DNA of 64,000 nt, from positions 1,248,001 to 1,312,000 of the forward strand of contig CAVQEQ010000001.1 in NCBI GenBank assembly GCA_963711565.1, in the 5' to 3' direction. The DNA is from an uncultured delta proteobacterium. Its GTDB lineage: Bacteria; Desulfobacterota; Binatia; Binatales; Binataceae. Shown one piece after another: positions 8,060-18,300 of this stretch. Under the pieces are notes generated by a model. That model searched no databases. It was not told the origin of the DNA and was given only the letters and a program-made list of their open reading frames with translations. Made by a program: the position numbers and the translations under genes. The first letter of the stretch is position 1; each line of letters begins with the position of its first letter.

Positions 8060-10113
8060 TTTTTGACCTCCTCGGTCCGTTCGTTACTTGAAGCCGGGAC
8101 GCGCTCAGCCCACCGCATCGCGCGAAAGTCGCTCGTCATTTCGTAGCCCAAAGCCCAACTGTCGGGCGTATTTTTGTAATGCGCGAGAAAGCGCTGTTCA
8201 CGCAAAGTCAACGCCCGGTGCTCGCGCCGAATCGCGATCCAGAGCTGATCACATTCGTCTTCGCTCAACTGCAATTCTCGGATTTCACGCCGCCGCTCTA
8301 TTTCCTGTAGCGCGATATTTCCATCGCGCAGTACCTCGTCGCTATGCGGTTCCGGTTCGGCCGGCGCGTCGAGCGCTTGCAGCGCCGCCGCCGCCGCCGC
8401 GATACCCGGTGAGCGATGCGGCAATGCAGTGATTTCAGTTCCGGGCGCGGGAAGCTTAACGGCGTCGCGCGCAGCGCACGATTCGATAATGTCGCGGTAT
8501 GTGGTTTCAGGCCGGTGCTTTCGCTTGAGCGCGCGCAGCTCGTCCATGCCCTCGCGCATCTTCCTGTTCTGATCCTGCTTGGCCGCTATCGCCATCACCT
8601 GCCGGTCGAGGCCGGCGGACTCAGGATTGATCGCGACGCAGATAAACTTCGTGCCGTCGCCGCTGAAGATGATCAGCTTGCCCTGGTCGCGCGTGCGCAC
8701 GTACTGAACGCCCTGTTCGATATACGCTTCGAGTGCGTTGCCCTCGTCCCAATAGAATGCGTTATCGACACGGATACCCTTCTTGCCGACCGTCGCGGTG
8801 CCATCTTCGCCCAGCAGCACGTCGAGCAGCCGCTCGTCGGCCACGCGCCGAACCTGTCCGCGCCGATCCGCCTCGGCAAAAACCTCGTTGGGAGTCCGCC
8901 CGCCGAGCCCCGAATGCTTTTTGTTGCCGTAAACATGCTCCAGCCACTTGTCGAGCAGGTCTTGCAGCTCGGGCGCGGTCAGCTCGATTCGATAGAGCCG
9001 CCGCATATTGCGCCGCGCGCCGCGGCCGGGCGCATAGCCGGCGCGCTCGCGGATTTTCGACGCCTCTTTCACATCGTGGCCGATGTAGCCGGGCAGGTTG
9101 ACGAAAAAAGAGTGGAGCACCGTGCCGATTCCGCGCTCGATGTGTGGTTTTCGCCATCCCGAATAAGCTGGCGTCGCCGGCCACGCGATCCCGAGCCGCG
9201 CGATTCCGCGCTGCGTGCGCGCCGAGACGAACCCGGCGCCGTTGTCGTGCGAAATCTCGTCGGGAACGCCGCGCAGCGAAATCCCTTTGATCACCATCTC
9301 CGCAACCGCGTTAGAAGACTCAACCGGCGCCAGATGGGCGGTAATCACGCGCGAGCAAACGTCGATCTGCCCCATCACGTGCAGCCTGCCGCCCGGCGTC
9401 TCGACCGTGCCGAGCACATAAGAGTCGGCCGGCGTGCCGTCTATCTCCCAAAGCTGATTTACCCGCGTGATATTCGCGTCGGCATCGCCGATCGCGAGCA
9501 TGTGGCGGTTTTTCCAGCCGGCAGGGTCTTCGATCCGCACATACAGCGAATGGTTCTGCTGCTTCCAATCGCGGATGAACTTCTGCACCGCGTCGATGCT
9601 CGGAATCCGATCGTTTGGAAACCGAGCCTCGATTCCTTCGAGCACGAATTGCGCGTTAACCTTCGGGTTGTGCGCGATCTGGGCGATCACGAACTCACGC
9701 ATCAAGGAATTGCGCGCGATGATCGAGTCGCCGCGCCGCTTGCCATAGCCCGGCACCAGGCCGGCAATGCCGGACTTCTCGAATCGGCGCCAAGCCTTTT
9801 GCAGCGTCGGCCATTCGATGCTCTGCCAGAGTTCGCGCGCGTTGGCACTCACTTCGATCTGACCGTGATTAAAGCGCTCGCAGAAATCCTTGCCCGCAGC
9901 GTTCAGCGCCTTGCACGATCGCTTTCTGAACGCACGGAACGCCGCGACGATCTCCGCCATCGCCAGCGCGCGCGCGGCAATCTTCGTCGGAATACCATCG
10001 AGCGGATCGAGAGGAGCGAGCGGCGCGGCAACAACCGGCAGCGTGACAGCGCGCGCGTCGTCCGACAGCGCCGGCCGTTCCACGAGCTGCACGCTGCGCG
10101 CCGCCTCACTCAT
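8050..10113 (-). CDS. MuA-like DDE transposase
   Basis: 687 aa. Catalytic motifs LWEIDGTPAD, HDNGAGF and KPHIERGIG, plus YGNKKHSGLGGRTP and the Mu-transposase C-terminal TVGKKGIRVDNAFY. Confidence 0.92.
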   Translation of the reverse strand: MSEAARSVQLVERPALSDDARAVTLPVVAAPLAPLDPLDGIPTKIAARALAMAEIVAAFRAFRKRSCKALNAAGKDFCERFNHGQIEVSANARELWQSIEWPTLQKAWRRFEKSGIAGLVPGYGKRRGDSIIARNSLMREFVIAQIAHNPKVNAQFVLEGIEARFPNDRIPSIDAVQKFIRDWKQQNHSLYVRIEDPAGWKNRHMLAIGDADANITRVNQLWEIDGTPADSYVLGTVETPGGRLHVMGQIDVCSRVITAHLAPVESSNAVAEMVIKGISLRGVPDEISHDNGAGFVSARTQRGIARLGIAWPATPAYSGWRKPHIERGIGTVLHSFFVNLPGYIGHDVKEASKIRERAGYAPGRGARRNMRRLYRIELTAPELQDLLDKWLEHVYGNKKHSGLGGRTPNEVFAEADRRGQVRRVADERLLDVLLGEDGTATVGKKGIRVDNAFYWDEGNALEAYIEQGVQYVRTRDQGKLIIFSGDGTKFICVAINPESAGLDRQVMAIAAKQDQNRKMREGMDELRALKRKHRPETTYRDIIESCAARDAVKLPAPGTEITALPHRSPGIAAAAAALQALDAPAEPEPHSDEVLRDGNIALQEIERRREIRELQLSEDECDQLWIAIRREHRALTLREQRFLAHYKNTPDSWALGYEMTSDFRAMRWAERVPASSNERTEEVKKCG

Positions 10114-10427
10114 ACGGCCGCCTCGCGCGCCGGTTCTTTCAACACCTTCCGCGCTCGCCGTTCAGCGCGGAGCCGTTCGCGCTCGGGCCACAATTCCTCC
10201 GGCGTTCGGCCGATCGCGGCGGCGACTATGCGTTCTGCGATCGGCCAAGGCCGGTCGAAAACATGACTGAGTGTGCTCGGATGCCAGCCGCGAGATTTTG
10301 CTAGAGCTGCGAGAGAAGTGCCGCGCCGGCGAAGTTCAGCTAGAATGGCGAAGCGATCTATTCCGCTTGACGCGGAAACCGCGAGGCGCTTAGATCGCTC
10401 TGCTCGCTTTGGTCGATGCCGTTCCAT
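10110..10427 (-). CDS. ner: Ner/Nlp-family transcriptional regulator
   Basis: ILAELRRRGTSLAALAKSRGWHPSTLSHVFDRPWPIAERIVAAAIGRTPEELWPER is the Ner signature; ATGA overlap with the transposase. Confidence 0.9.
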   Translation of the reverse strand: MERHRPKRAERSKRLAVSASSGIDRFAILAELRRRGTSLAALAKSRGWHPSTLSHVFDRPWPIAERIVAAAIGRTPEELWPERERLRAERRARKVLKEPAREAAV

Positions 10428-10467
10428 TGGCAGAATATATTCGTCTGAAATCAGGAGATTGTCAACT

Positions 10468-10974
10468 ATGAAGAGTAGACAAGCTCCCTCATCGAAAGAT
10501 CGGGCCGCGCCTTCCGATCCCATGTCCGACCGAATCGAATATTGCTTTCGCGTGGCCGGCGGCGTGCGCGCGGTTTCTAAAGCCACCGATCTGGTTGAAT
10601 CCCTGCTCTACCGTTACCGGAAACCGGGCGCGTCAAGGCGAACCGACGTATTGTCGCTGATCGCCAAGGCGGCCAATGTGAGCGAGGCGTGGCTTCTAAC
10701 CGGCATCGAGACCGATCCATCGAAGAGCACTTCCGCACGGCCGAAATATCATTCCCTGGCGGATTTGCCCTATCGCATGTCGGCTGAATATGAGATGGAC
10801 GCCGCCGCCCGACGTGAGTTGATCTTTGAGCGAGAGGGCGGCGCCGAGTTCAAGGACGCAACCCTTCGAGCGCTCGAAGAAGAGCTGCACCGTCTCAAAG
10901 GAAGGATCGAGGTTTTGGAATCGCAATTGGCCGCCAGCAGACCGCGCGGCGGAAAAAAAGCTGCACGCGCGTAA
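10468..10974 (+). CDS. Phage repressor (Cro/CI-type HTH)
   Basis: Divergent from ner, AGGAG RBS, HTH ending IAKAANVSEAWLLTG, C-terminal coiled coil. Start could be 10521. Confidence 0.8.
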   Translation: MKSRQAPSSKDRAAPSDPMSDRIEYCFRVAGGVRAVSKATDLVESLLYRYRKPGASRRTDVLSLIAKAANVSEAWLLTGIETDPSKSTSARPKYHSLADLPYRMSAEYEMDAAARRELIFEREGGAEFKDATLRALEEELHRLKGRIEVLESQLAASRPRGGKKAARA

Positions 10975-10989
10975 AAGAGGGTTCACGAA

Positions 10990-11328
10990 ATGGGGGCAAA
11001 AGCGTTCGCTCGACTATTGGTACTGATCGGCTTTGTCTCAATGGGCTGCTCGCACGGCAGCTTGCCGCACGATCGCCTCAACGGAACCTGGACCAGCGAC
11101 ATTATGACCATCACGATCGATTTCCCCGCCCACAAATATTCGGGCGTTGCGATGGGCGAGCCGTTTTCGCACTACCTGGACCTGGTGAGCGAAAACGCCA
11201 ACGTCGTGGTCTTCAAAGAGAGCGACGCAACCATCGTCTGCCAGATTCAGGACGACGGCAGCATTATGATCACCAAGCAGGGCTCCGAAGGCGGAATCCC
11301 TATGATCCTGCACCGCGCCAAAGACTAA
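10990..11328 (+). CDS. Lipoprotein (moron-like)
   Basis: Lipobox-like VSMGC after a hydrophobic stretch; LNGTW lipocalin-like start; GAGG RBS. Confidence 0.7.
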   Translation: MGAKAFARLLVLIGFVSMGCSHGSLPHDRLNGTWTSDIMTITIDFPAHKYSGVAMGEPFSHYLDLVSENANVVVFKESDATIVCQIQDDGSIMITKQGSEGGIPMILHRAKD

Positions 11329-11336
11329 CCGGAAAA

Positions 11337-11750
11337 ATCAAAGTTCCCTTCCGAAACTTTGATCATTGTTCGCCTAGGGAACAATGATCCCGAACCCCGC
11401 CAGAATACCGGCCCGGCATTTTGATTTTCGCGATCACAGTCGTCCTCGACGACTATGATTTTAGCCGCGCCAAGGCGCGCCTAGACCAGGCGTTCGCGTA
11501 TGTCGCGGACGACGGCATGCGAAATCAAAGTCGTGCTCGACGATTTTGATCTTTCCGAGATCAAACTCGCGGACGACGAGTTTGATCGGCCGGCCCCTTT
11601 TCAAGATCGCTAGAGACGATCTTGAAATCACCCTCGCGCTCGACGAGGGTGATTTCCTCCGGTTACGTCGCAGGCTCATGTCGTAGGCGACGACATGATA
11701 AGTGTCGTGGCCCCGCGACACTTCCATCATGTTCCCGAAGGGAACATGAG
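11337..11750. repeat. Array of about 10 imperfect palindromes, consensus ATCA-N3-TCG-N7-CGA-N3'-TGAT
   Basis: 27-bp units start at 11337, 11362, 11433, 11524, 11560, 11600 and 11627. 25-bp variants start at 11675 and 11726, and related hairpins at 11494 and 11700. Confidence 0.9.
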
Positions 11751-11906
11751 AAGTCATAAGCCCCACTAATTTATCGAGCCGCGCAGACGATCCGGTTTTC
11801 AGGGTTGTGAGCGCTCATTGGCCCTTCGCGACGAGGCGCGGGCGCTTTTCGGTCAAAAGTGCCCTAACTATCCGATTTTGCTAGCGAATCATATCAAATG
11901 GAAAAA

Positions 11907-12178
11907 ACCGCTCTTAGTTGGATCTAATTCCTAACTAGGGATGCGTTAGCGCGACACGGCGCGTCGTGGCGCTATCAGTTTCCAGACTGGCCCGATTAGA
12001 CGAATCCTACTCCGAACTTAGCCCCTGCCCCACGGCTTTGCGATGAGCGCTCGCGTCAGAAAACCCCGTCCAGACGCGGGTTTCGATGCGTCCGTCGTCC
12101 CATGATGTCCCCCCCAGTCCCACGAAATCCCGCGAATTGCCTCGGAAGAGTTTAGATCCAACCATGAGCGGTGTCACA
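11907..12178. repeat. Element terminus with inverted 21-bp putative transposase-binding sites
   Basis: ACCGCTCTTAGTTGGATCTAA (+, 11907-11927) matches ACCGCTCATGGTTGGATCTAA (-, 12172-12152) at 19/21. The outer site starts 6 bp inside a TG...CA-type end. Confidence 0.75.
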
Positions 12179-12510
12179 CCACCGTTACCAGGCGATTTAC
12201 TTTGGATTCTCTCCTTCGAGAACAGAGCCGGTGCTCTTCGCATCACTGTCCGCCAAAAACGTCTTCGCCAGGACATCGCCTTCAAGCGAGGGAAATCCAT
12301 ACGAGGCTTCTTGAGTCCGCCCGACCTGGGATTCGGTAATCGCCGTGCAGCTTGAAGCGGCCCGTCTGTGGCGAATTCCAATTCATGCGGCAATTGGGGT
12401 CTGAAACAATCCGTTTGCAGTGTTGCCGCCAGCGATATGAGTGAAGGTTTGCGATTGGAGGAGGAACTGCGCCGTTGCGTTGAGCCGGCGTGGCTCCGGA
12501 GCTGCTGCGT

Positions 12511-15300
12511 TTACCGCTCTTTCAGTTCGGCCAAGAAGACGGCCGACCTGCCAACCTCCAGGAATTCCTTAGCATCGAGGGTATCGAAAAGCTGGATAGT
12601 CTTGGCCACGAGGCCGGTCCATCCAGTCTGATGGCTTGCGCCGAGCCCGGCGCCGTTGTCGCCGTGGAAGTACTCGTAGAACAGAATATAGTCGCGCCAA
12701 TGCGGGTCGGACTGAAATTTCTCGCTGCCCCCGTACACAGGACGACGGCCATCTTTGTCACGCAGAAAGGTAGCGCCAAGCCTACGGGTTATCTCGTGGC
12801 TCACTTGAAAAAGATTCATTAGTTGGCCGGAACCAGTAGGGCATTCGATCTTAAAGTTGTCGCCGTAATAGAGATAGAACTGCAATAGTGCCCGAATAAC
12901 TATGATATTCACCGGAAACCACACTGGGCCTCGCCAGTTTGAGTTACCGCCAAACATGCCGGTGTTCGACTCCGCCGGCAAGTAGTCTACGCGATACTCC
13001 CGGTCACCGACGTTCAGGATATAGGGATGATGCTCGTGAAACTTCGATAGAGAACGAATGCCGGTAGGACCCAGAAATTCGTTCTCATCGAGCACTCTAG
13101 AAAGGATTCGGCGCAAACGCTCGGGACCAACCAAAGCTATGATGCCGCGCTCGTAGATTCCGAAATGCCCGGGCCCGGTAGGATGAATGTAATTCCATAG
13201 CTCGGGCATCCGCTGGCGCCGTCTATCCAAGAGAGTCATCGCCGACGGCATCCGTTCGCGTTGCCATCGCTCGACGACAGTGGTTGCGCAGAGCGGCAGC
13301 AGCCCTACCATCGATCGCACCTTGAGCCGTTTGGCGCTGCCGTCCGGGAGTCGCAAGAGATCGTAGTAGAAGCCGTCTTCCTCGTCCCACATCCCGTCGT
13401 CGCCGGGACGGTTCATAGCTGTAGCGATGTAAAGGAAGTGCTCGAGGAACTTGACCACCATATCTTCGGAGGTGTGGTCGTAGGCAAGGAGTTCTATCGC
13501 CAGTTCTGCCATGTTTTGGCTGTACAGCGCCATCCATGCGGTGCCGTCGGCCTGCTCGAGGCTGCCTCCAGTGGGCAAAGGTGCGCTCCGATCGAAAATC
13601 CCGATATTGTCGAGACCCAGGAAACCACCTTCGAAAACATTCTTGCCGAACCGGTCCTTGCGATTGATCCACCAAGTGAAATTCAAGAGGAGCTTTTCAA
13701 AACACCACTTGAGGAAATCGATATCAGTTTCGGCCCCCAGGGCCTGCTCCGTGCGATGCAGGAATAGAGTCGCCCAGGCATGGACCGGCGGGTTAACATC
13801 GCTGAAGTTCCACTCGTAGGCGGGAATCTGGCCGTTGGGGTGCATATATAACCCCTTGAGCATGAGACGTATCTGCTGACGGGCGAACTCCGGGTCCACG
13901 GTCGAAAGCGCGACGGTATGAAAGGCGAGGTCCCAAGCCGCATACCATGGATACTCCCATTTGTCGGGCATCGAGATGACGTCGTCGTTGAGCATGTGGT
14001 ACCACTCCTGGTTGCGGGAGTGCCGGATTCCGTGTTTCAACGGATTGGCGCGATGTTCGTCCAACCACTTATCCGCGTCCAGGTAGTAGAACTGCTTAGT
14101 CCACAGCATTCCAGCGAGCGCTTGACGCATCACATTGGCCGCGTCCGGGGACGCCGCAGCCGGGATCACCGACCGGTAGAACTCGTCGGCCTCGTCCAGG
14201 CGGGCTGCAAAGATCTCATCAAAATTCTTCCCGAACGAAAAAGCATCTTTCCCGCCGCCCTTTGACTGTTCCCCGAGCGCTTGACCAGTCAAGCGTAATC
14301 GCGCCGTTGCCGATTGCCCAGAGTTTATCGTGAATCGGTAGCGCGCCGCGGCTTTGGTCCCGCGCAGGTCCGGATTCACCGTTGGTTTCCCATTCGTCAC
14401 GAAGTCGTTGATGCCGTCTTTCACATAGGGGCAGGCGTTGGGATATTCGGGAAAGAGGCGCTGGTTGTTGGTCTCGTTCTCGGTAAAGAGAAGCGGCACC
14501 TCACCTTCGCAATACAGATGGTACTTTCCGAGTTCGCGATGCTCAGCGGCTATGGCTGTGCTACCAGACGGAGCTTCGATCCACTTGAGAGTCGGTCGCT
14601 CGGCGGGTCTAGAAATCCATGATGACCAGTCATTGCGGAACCAGAGAGTCGGCAACAAATACAGTGGCGCCGGTTCGGGTCCCCGGTTCCACACCGTTAT
14701 CCTTATTAGAATGTCGTCGGGGGCGGCCTTGGCATATTCTACAAAAATGTCGAAATAACGGTCGCCGTCAAAGATTCCCGTGTCCAGAAGCTCATACTCT
14801 GGGTCGTTGCGTGTGCGGCGCGCATTGACTTTTATCAGGTCGCCGTAAGGATAGGCCGCTTGGGGATACTTGTAGAGGTACTTCATGTACGAGTGTGTCG
14901 GCGTACTGTCAAGGTAGAAGTAGTACTCTTTCACGTCCTCGCCATGGTTTCCCTCGCTGTTCGTGAGTCCGAAGAGCCGCTCCTTTAAGATAGGGTCCTT
15001 GCCGTTCCATAGAGCTAGTGCAAAGCACAGCGCTTGCTTGTCGTCGGAGAGACCTGCCAGGCCGTCCTCGCCCCATCGGTAGGCACGCGAGCGGGCCTGA
15101 TCATGGCTGAAGTAGTTCCAAGCGTCGCCCGTGTCGCTATAGTCTTCGCGTACGGTGCCCCACTGGCGCTCGCTAAGGTAAGGACCCCACCGCTTCCACG
15201 GCGTTTGGTGAATGCGCTCCTGGTAGAGACGTTCTCGCTCGGCGGGCATGTTGGTCTCGCTCCTCAGGATCCGGTTTTGCTTAGGTGTCGCGTGCGCCAA
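12511..15300 (-). CDS. MGH1-like / GH63-like glucosidase
   Basis: WKRWGPYLSERQWGTVREDYS, SMPDKWEYPWYAAWDLAFH and EYFHGDNGAGLGASHQTGWTGLVA motifs. Start may be 15249. Confidence 0.88.
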   Translation of the reverse strand: MAHATPKQNRILRSETNMPAERERLYQERIHQTPWKRWGPYLSERQWGTVREDYSDTGDAWNYFSHDQARSRAYRWGEDGLAGLSDDKQALCFALALWNGKDPILKERLFGLTNSEGNHGEDVKEYYFYLDSTPTHSYMKYLYKYPQAAYPYGDLIKVNARRTRNDPEYELLDTGIFDGDRYFDIFVEYAKAAPDDILIRITVWNRGPEPAPLYLLPTLWFRNDWSSWISRPAERPTLKWIEAPSGSTAIAAEHRELGKYHLYCEGEVPLLFTENETNNQRLFPEYPNACPYVKDGINDFVTNGKPTVNPDLRGTKAAARYRFTINSGQSATARLRLTGQALGEQSKGGGKDAFSFGKNFDEIFAARLDEADEFYRSVIPAAASPDAANVMRQALAGMLWTKQFYYLDADKWLDEHRANPLKHGIRHSRNQEWYHMLNDDVISMPDKWEYPWYAAWDLAFHTVALSTVDPEFARQQIRLMLKGLYMHPNGQIPAYEWNFSDVNPPVHAWATLFLHRTEQALGAETDIDFLKWCFEKLLLNFTWWINRKDRFGKNVFEGGFLGLDNIGIFDRSAPLPTGGSLEQADGTAWMALYSQNMAELAIELLAYDHTSEDMVVKFLEHFLYIATAMNRPGDDGMWDEEDGFYYDLLRLPDGSAKRLKVRSMVGLLPLCATTVVERWQRERMPSAMTLLDRRRQRMPELWNYIHPTGPGHFGIYERGIIALVGPERLRRILSRVLDENEFLGPTGIRSLSKFHEHHPYILNVGDREYRVDYLPAESNTGMFGGNSNWRGPVWFPVNIIVIRALLQFYLYYGDNFKIECPTGSGQLMNLFQVSHEITRRLGATFLRDKDGRRPVYGGSEKFQSDPHWRDYILFYEYFHGDNGAGLGASHQTGWTGLVAKTIQLFDTLDAKEFLEVGRSAVFLAELKER

Positions 15301-15323
15301 CTCTATGGAGACGAACTAGGTCG

Positions 15324-18300
15324 TCAATTCGAGGGCACAGCTGGCCCCTGACGCGGAGCGCCGGGTGCTACTGCTGGCGCTGATAGCGGTCCGAAGATGT
15401 GGCGGACGGAGACAAAGAACACCGGCACGAAGGGGATCGCAAGAAGAGTCGAAGCGAGCATTCCGCCGAAGACTACCGTACCTAATGACTGCTGGCTCGC
15501 GGCGCCGGCGCCGGTGGCGGTCAACAGCGGAACCACGCCGAGAATGAACGCGATGGACGTCATTAGTATCGGCCGAAAGCGTCGGCGGGTTGCTTCCACG
15601 GCGGCTTCCATGGTTCCCATCCCTTGCGCCGCAAGATCACGAGCAAACTCGACAATAAGGATCGCGTTCTTCGCTGCCAGCGCGATCATAAGGACCAGTC
15701 CTATCTGCGTGTACAGATCCACAGGAAACTTCCGGATAACCAACGCTACGAGGATACCTATGAGAGCCGTCGGTACTACCAGGATAACTGCGATAGGATC
15801 GGTCCAGCTCTCGTACTGCGCCGCGAGGACCAGATAGACGAGCGTGATCGACAGTGCAAAGATAAAGTAAGCCTGACTCCCGGTTTGTTCTTCCTGATAG
15901 GCAAGTCCCGTCCATTCGTAACTCATACCTGCAGGCAGCGTTTCATCGGCGAAGTTCGCCATCATGCTTAGTGCCTGTCCGGAGCTGTACGAGGGCATCG
16001 GAATTCCGGTCAGGATAGCAGCGGGATAAAGGTTGTAGCGCGTGACCAGCTCGGAGCCCAGCATCCTGCGGACCGAAAGCAGCGCACCCAGGGGCACCAT
16101 CTGGCCTTCCTTGTTCATCACGTCGAGATTTTGTATGTCGGCCAGTGCGCGACGAGAGTCGGCCTCGGCCTGAACGCGAACCTGAAAGGCCTGGTTGAAT
16201 TTGTTGAACTGATTTACGTAGGTCGAGCCGAGATAGGTTTGCAGAGTCTCGGAAACATCGTTGACCGGAACACCAAGCGACTCGGCCATCGTTCGATCGA
16301 TGTTGAGATAGATCTGCGGACTGTTATCGCTGAAGGTGGTAAAGCCGAGGCGCAGAAAGCCATCCACGCTCTGCGCCCGATCGAGCAACACGTGAGTGGC
16401 CTTCTGCAATTCGCGGAGTCCATTGCTGGCGCGATCCTCGACTACCATCTGAAATCCGAACGCCGTTCCCAGGCCGGGAATCGGAGACGGCGGCATCACA
16501 TCGAATGAAGCTGTGCGAATAGACTGAACCTTTTCCTGAATATGTTTAATTATTCCGGCCTGGGTCAGACCTGCTGGACGCTTGCTCCAGTCATCATAGA
16601 TGCAGAACACCGTGACGTAGTTCGAAACGTTGGCGGAGTCCAGCGCCGAGAATCCACCCATCGTAACCCAGCCCTTGATGCCGGGACTCTCTTTCAATAT
16701 CGCGTTGATTCGGTCGGAGACCTCTCTTACCCGGGGCTGAGCGGATCCCTCGGGTAGTTCAGCCGAAATGATGCAGTATCCCTGGTCTTCGAGCGGCAGC
16801 AAGGAAGTCGGGTAGATCGAGAAAGCAAATCCAACCAGGAACAATACGGCGAAGAACCCTGCTACCATCGTGAAAGGGCGAGCGACCATCCAGCTGACAA
16901 GTCCTATGTAGCGATCCTCGACGGCCGCAAACCCTCGATTGAACTCACTGTAAAACCAGTTGGGTTTGTAGTCCTTAGGCCTGGGTCTGAGATAGAGCGC
17001 ACACTGTGTGGGCTTGAGCGTGAGTGCGTTGGCAGCGCTGATAAGTGCGGTCGATGCGATCACCAGCGCGAACTGACGAAACATCTGTCCGGTGATACCG
17101 GGCAGGAAAGAAGCCGGCAAGAAGACTGAAGTAAGAACCAGGGTGACGCCAAGAACAGGGCCAGTGAGCTCGCCCATGGCTTTGATGGCCGAGTCCTTGG
17201 GACTGAGTCCTTCTTCTATGTAGTGCGTACAGTTCTCGACAATGACGATAGCGTCATCCACTACGATTCCGATCGCAAGGATCAAGGCGAACAGAGTCAT
17301 CAAGTTGACCGAAAAACCGAGCAATGCCATCGCCGCAAAAGCGCCTATTATCGTGACTGGTACGGTCGTAGCGGGAACCAGCATCGCGCGGAAGTTCTGA
17401 AGAAAAATTACGATGACGATCAGAACGAGGATGCCCGCCTCGCCCAGCGTCACATACACCGCGTGAATTGCCTGGCCAATGAAGACGGTGGTGTCATAGA
17501 GCGGAGTGTATTTGAGTCCTTCCGGGAAGGTGCTGCTCATCTTCGCCATCAGTGCGCGCACGGCGGACGCGACCTGCAGCGAATTTGCGCCGGGCAGCGC
17601 ATAGATCGCGATATGGCCTGCCTTTTTGCCGCTCAGATTGGAGAACAGCGTGAACTGCTGCTGGCTCATCTCGATCTTTGCAACGTCTTTGAGCCGCACT
17701 ATCGAGGCAGTCTCGCTCGGTTGAGCGCTGTTAACGGTTTGTCCTGCCAGGGTCGGCGCAAGGCGACTTTTGATGATGATGTTTTCGAACTCTTTCGGAT
17801 CCGACAGGCGTCCCTGGGTGTTAACCGTGAACTGGAAGACCTGGTTCGATGGAACCGGCGGCCCACCTATCTGACCCGAGGCGACCTGGTTGTTTTGAGA
17901 CTGAATCGAGTTCTGTACATCGAGCACGGTCAGCCCGAAGGTTTTGAGCTTGTTGGGATCGAGCCAGATGCGCATGCTATAGGCACCGGCGCCTATGACC
18001 TTGACCTGACCTACCCCTGGGATGCGAGCGATAGGATTAACCAGGTTGATGGTCGCATAGTTGCTGAGGAAAGTTTCATCGAAGCGGTTGTCATCCGAGT
18101 AAAGACTCTCCATCAGCAGGATGTTGGTGGTGACTTCCTTGACGTTCACTCCCTGGTCCTTCACGGGCGCAGGCAGTTCCGAGAGCGATCCGTTGACCGC
18201 GTTCTGGACCAGCGCGAGCGAGGTGTCGAGATCGGTTCCGATCGTGAAGGAGACGGTCAGCGTATAACTTCCGTCGCTGCCGCTGGTGGATTGCATGTAG

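Larger units (their letters stand above)
1..12178. mobile_element. Mu-like transposable prophage or satellite-like element, right part (left end outside window)
   Basis: Gene order repressor<->ner, DDE transposase, AAA ATPase, GemA, tape measure, gpD-like. A TG-starting terminus (minus strand TGTGAC...) lies at 12178 with a repeated 21-bp site. Confidence 0.85.

Noticed and set aside
7319-10113. Tn7/Tn5053/CAST-type TnsB-TnsC or IS21 pair
   Set aside because: No TniQ or Cas gene; ner, GemA and tail genes identify a transposable-phage lineage.
8416-10266. 616-aa plus-strand ORF and similar long antisense ORFs (e.g. 17223-18431, 49392-50726, 26892-27860)
   Set aside because: Shadow frames of well-supported genes in high-GC DNA; no recognisable motifs.
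11337-11750. CRISPR array
   Set aside because: Units are not identical direct repeats, spacing is irregular (overlapping to more than 60 bp), there are no uniform spacers, and no cas genes are present.
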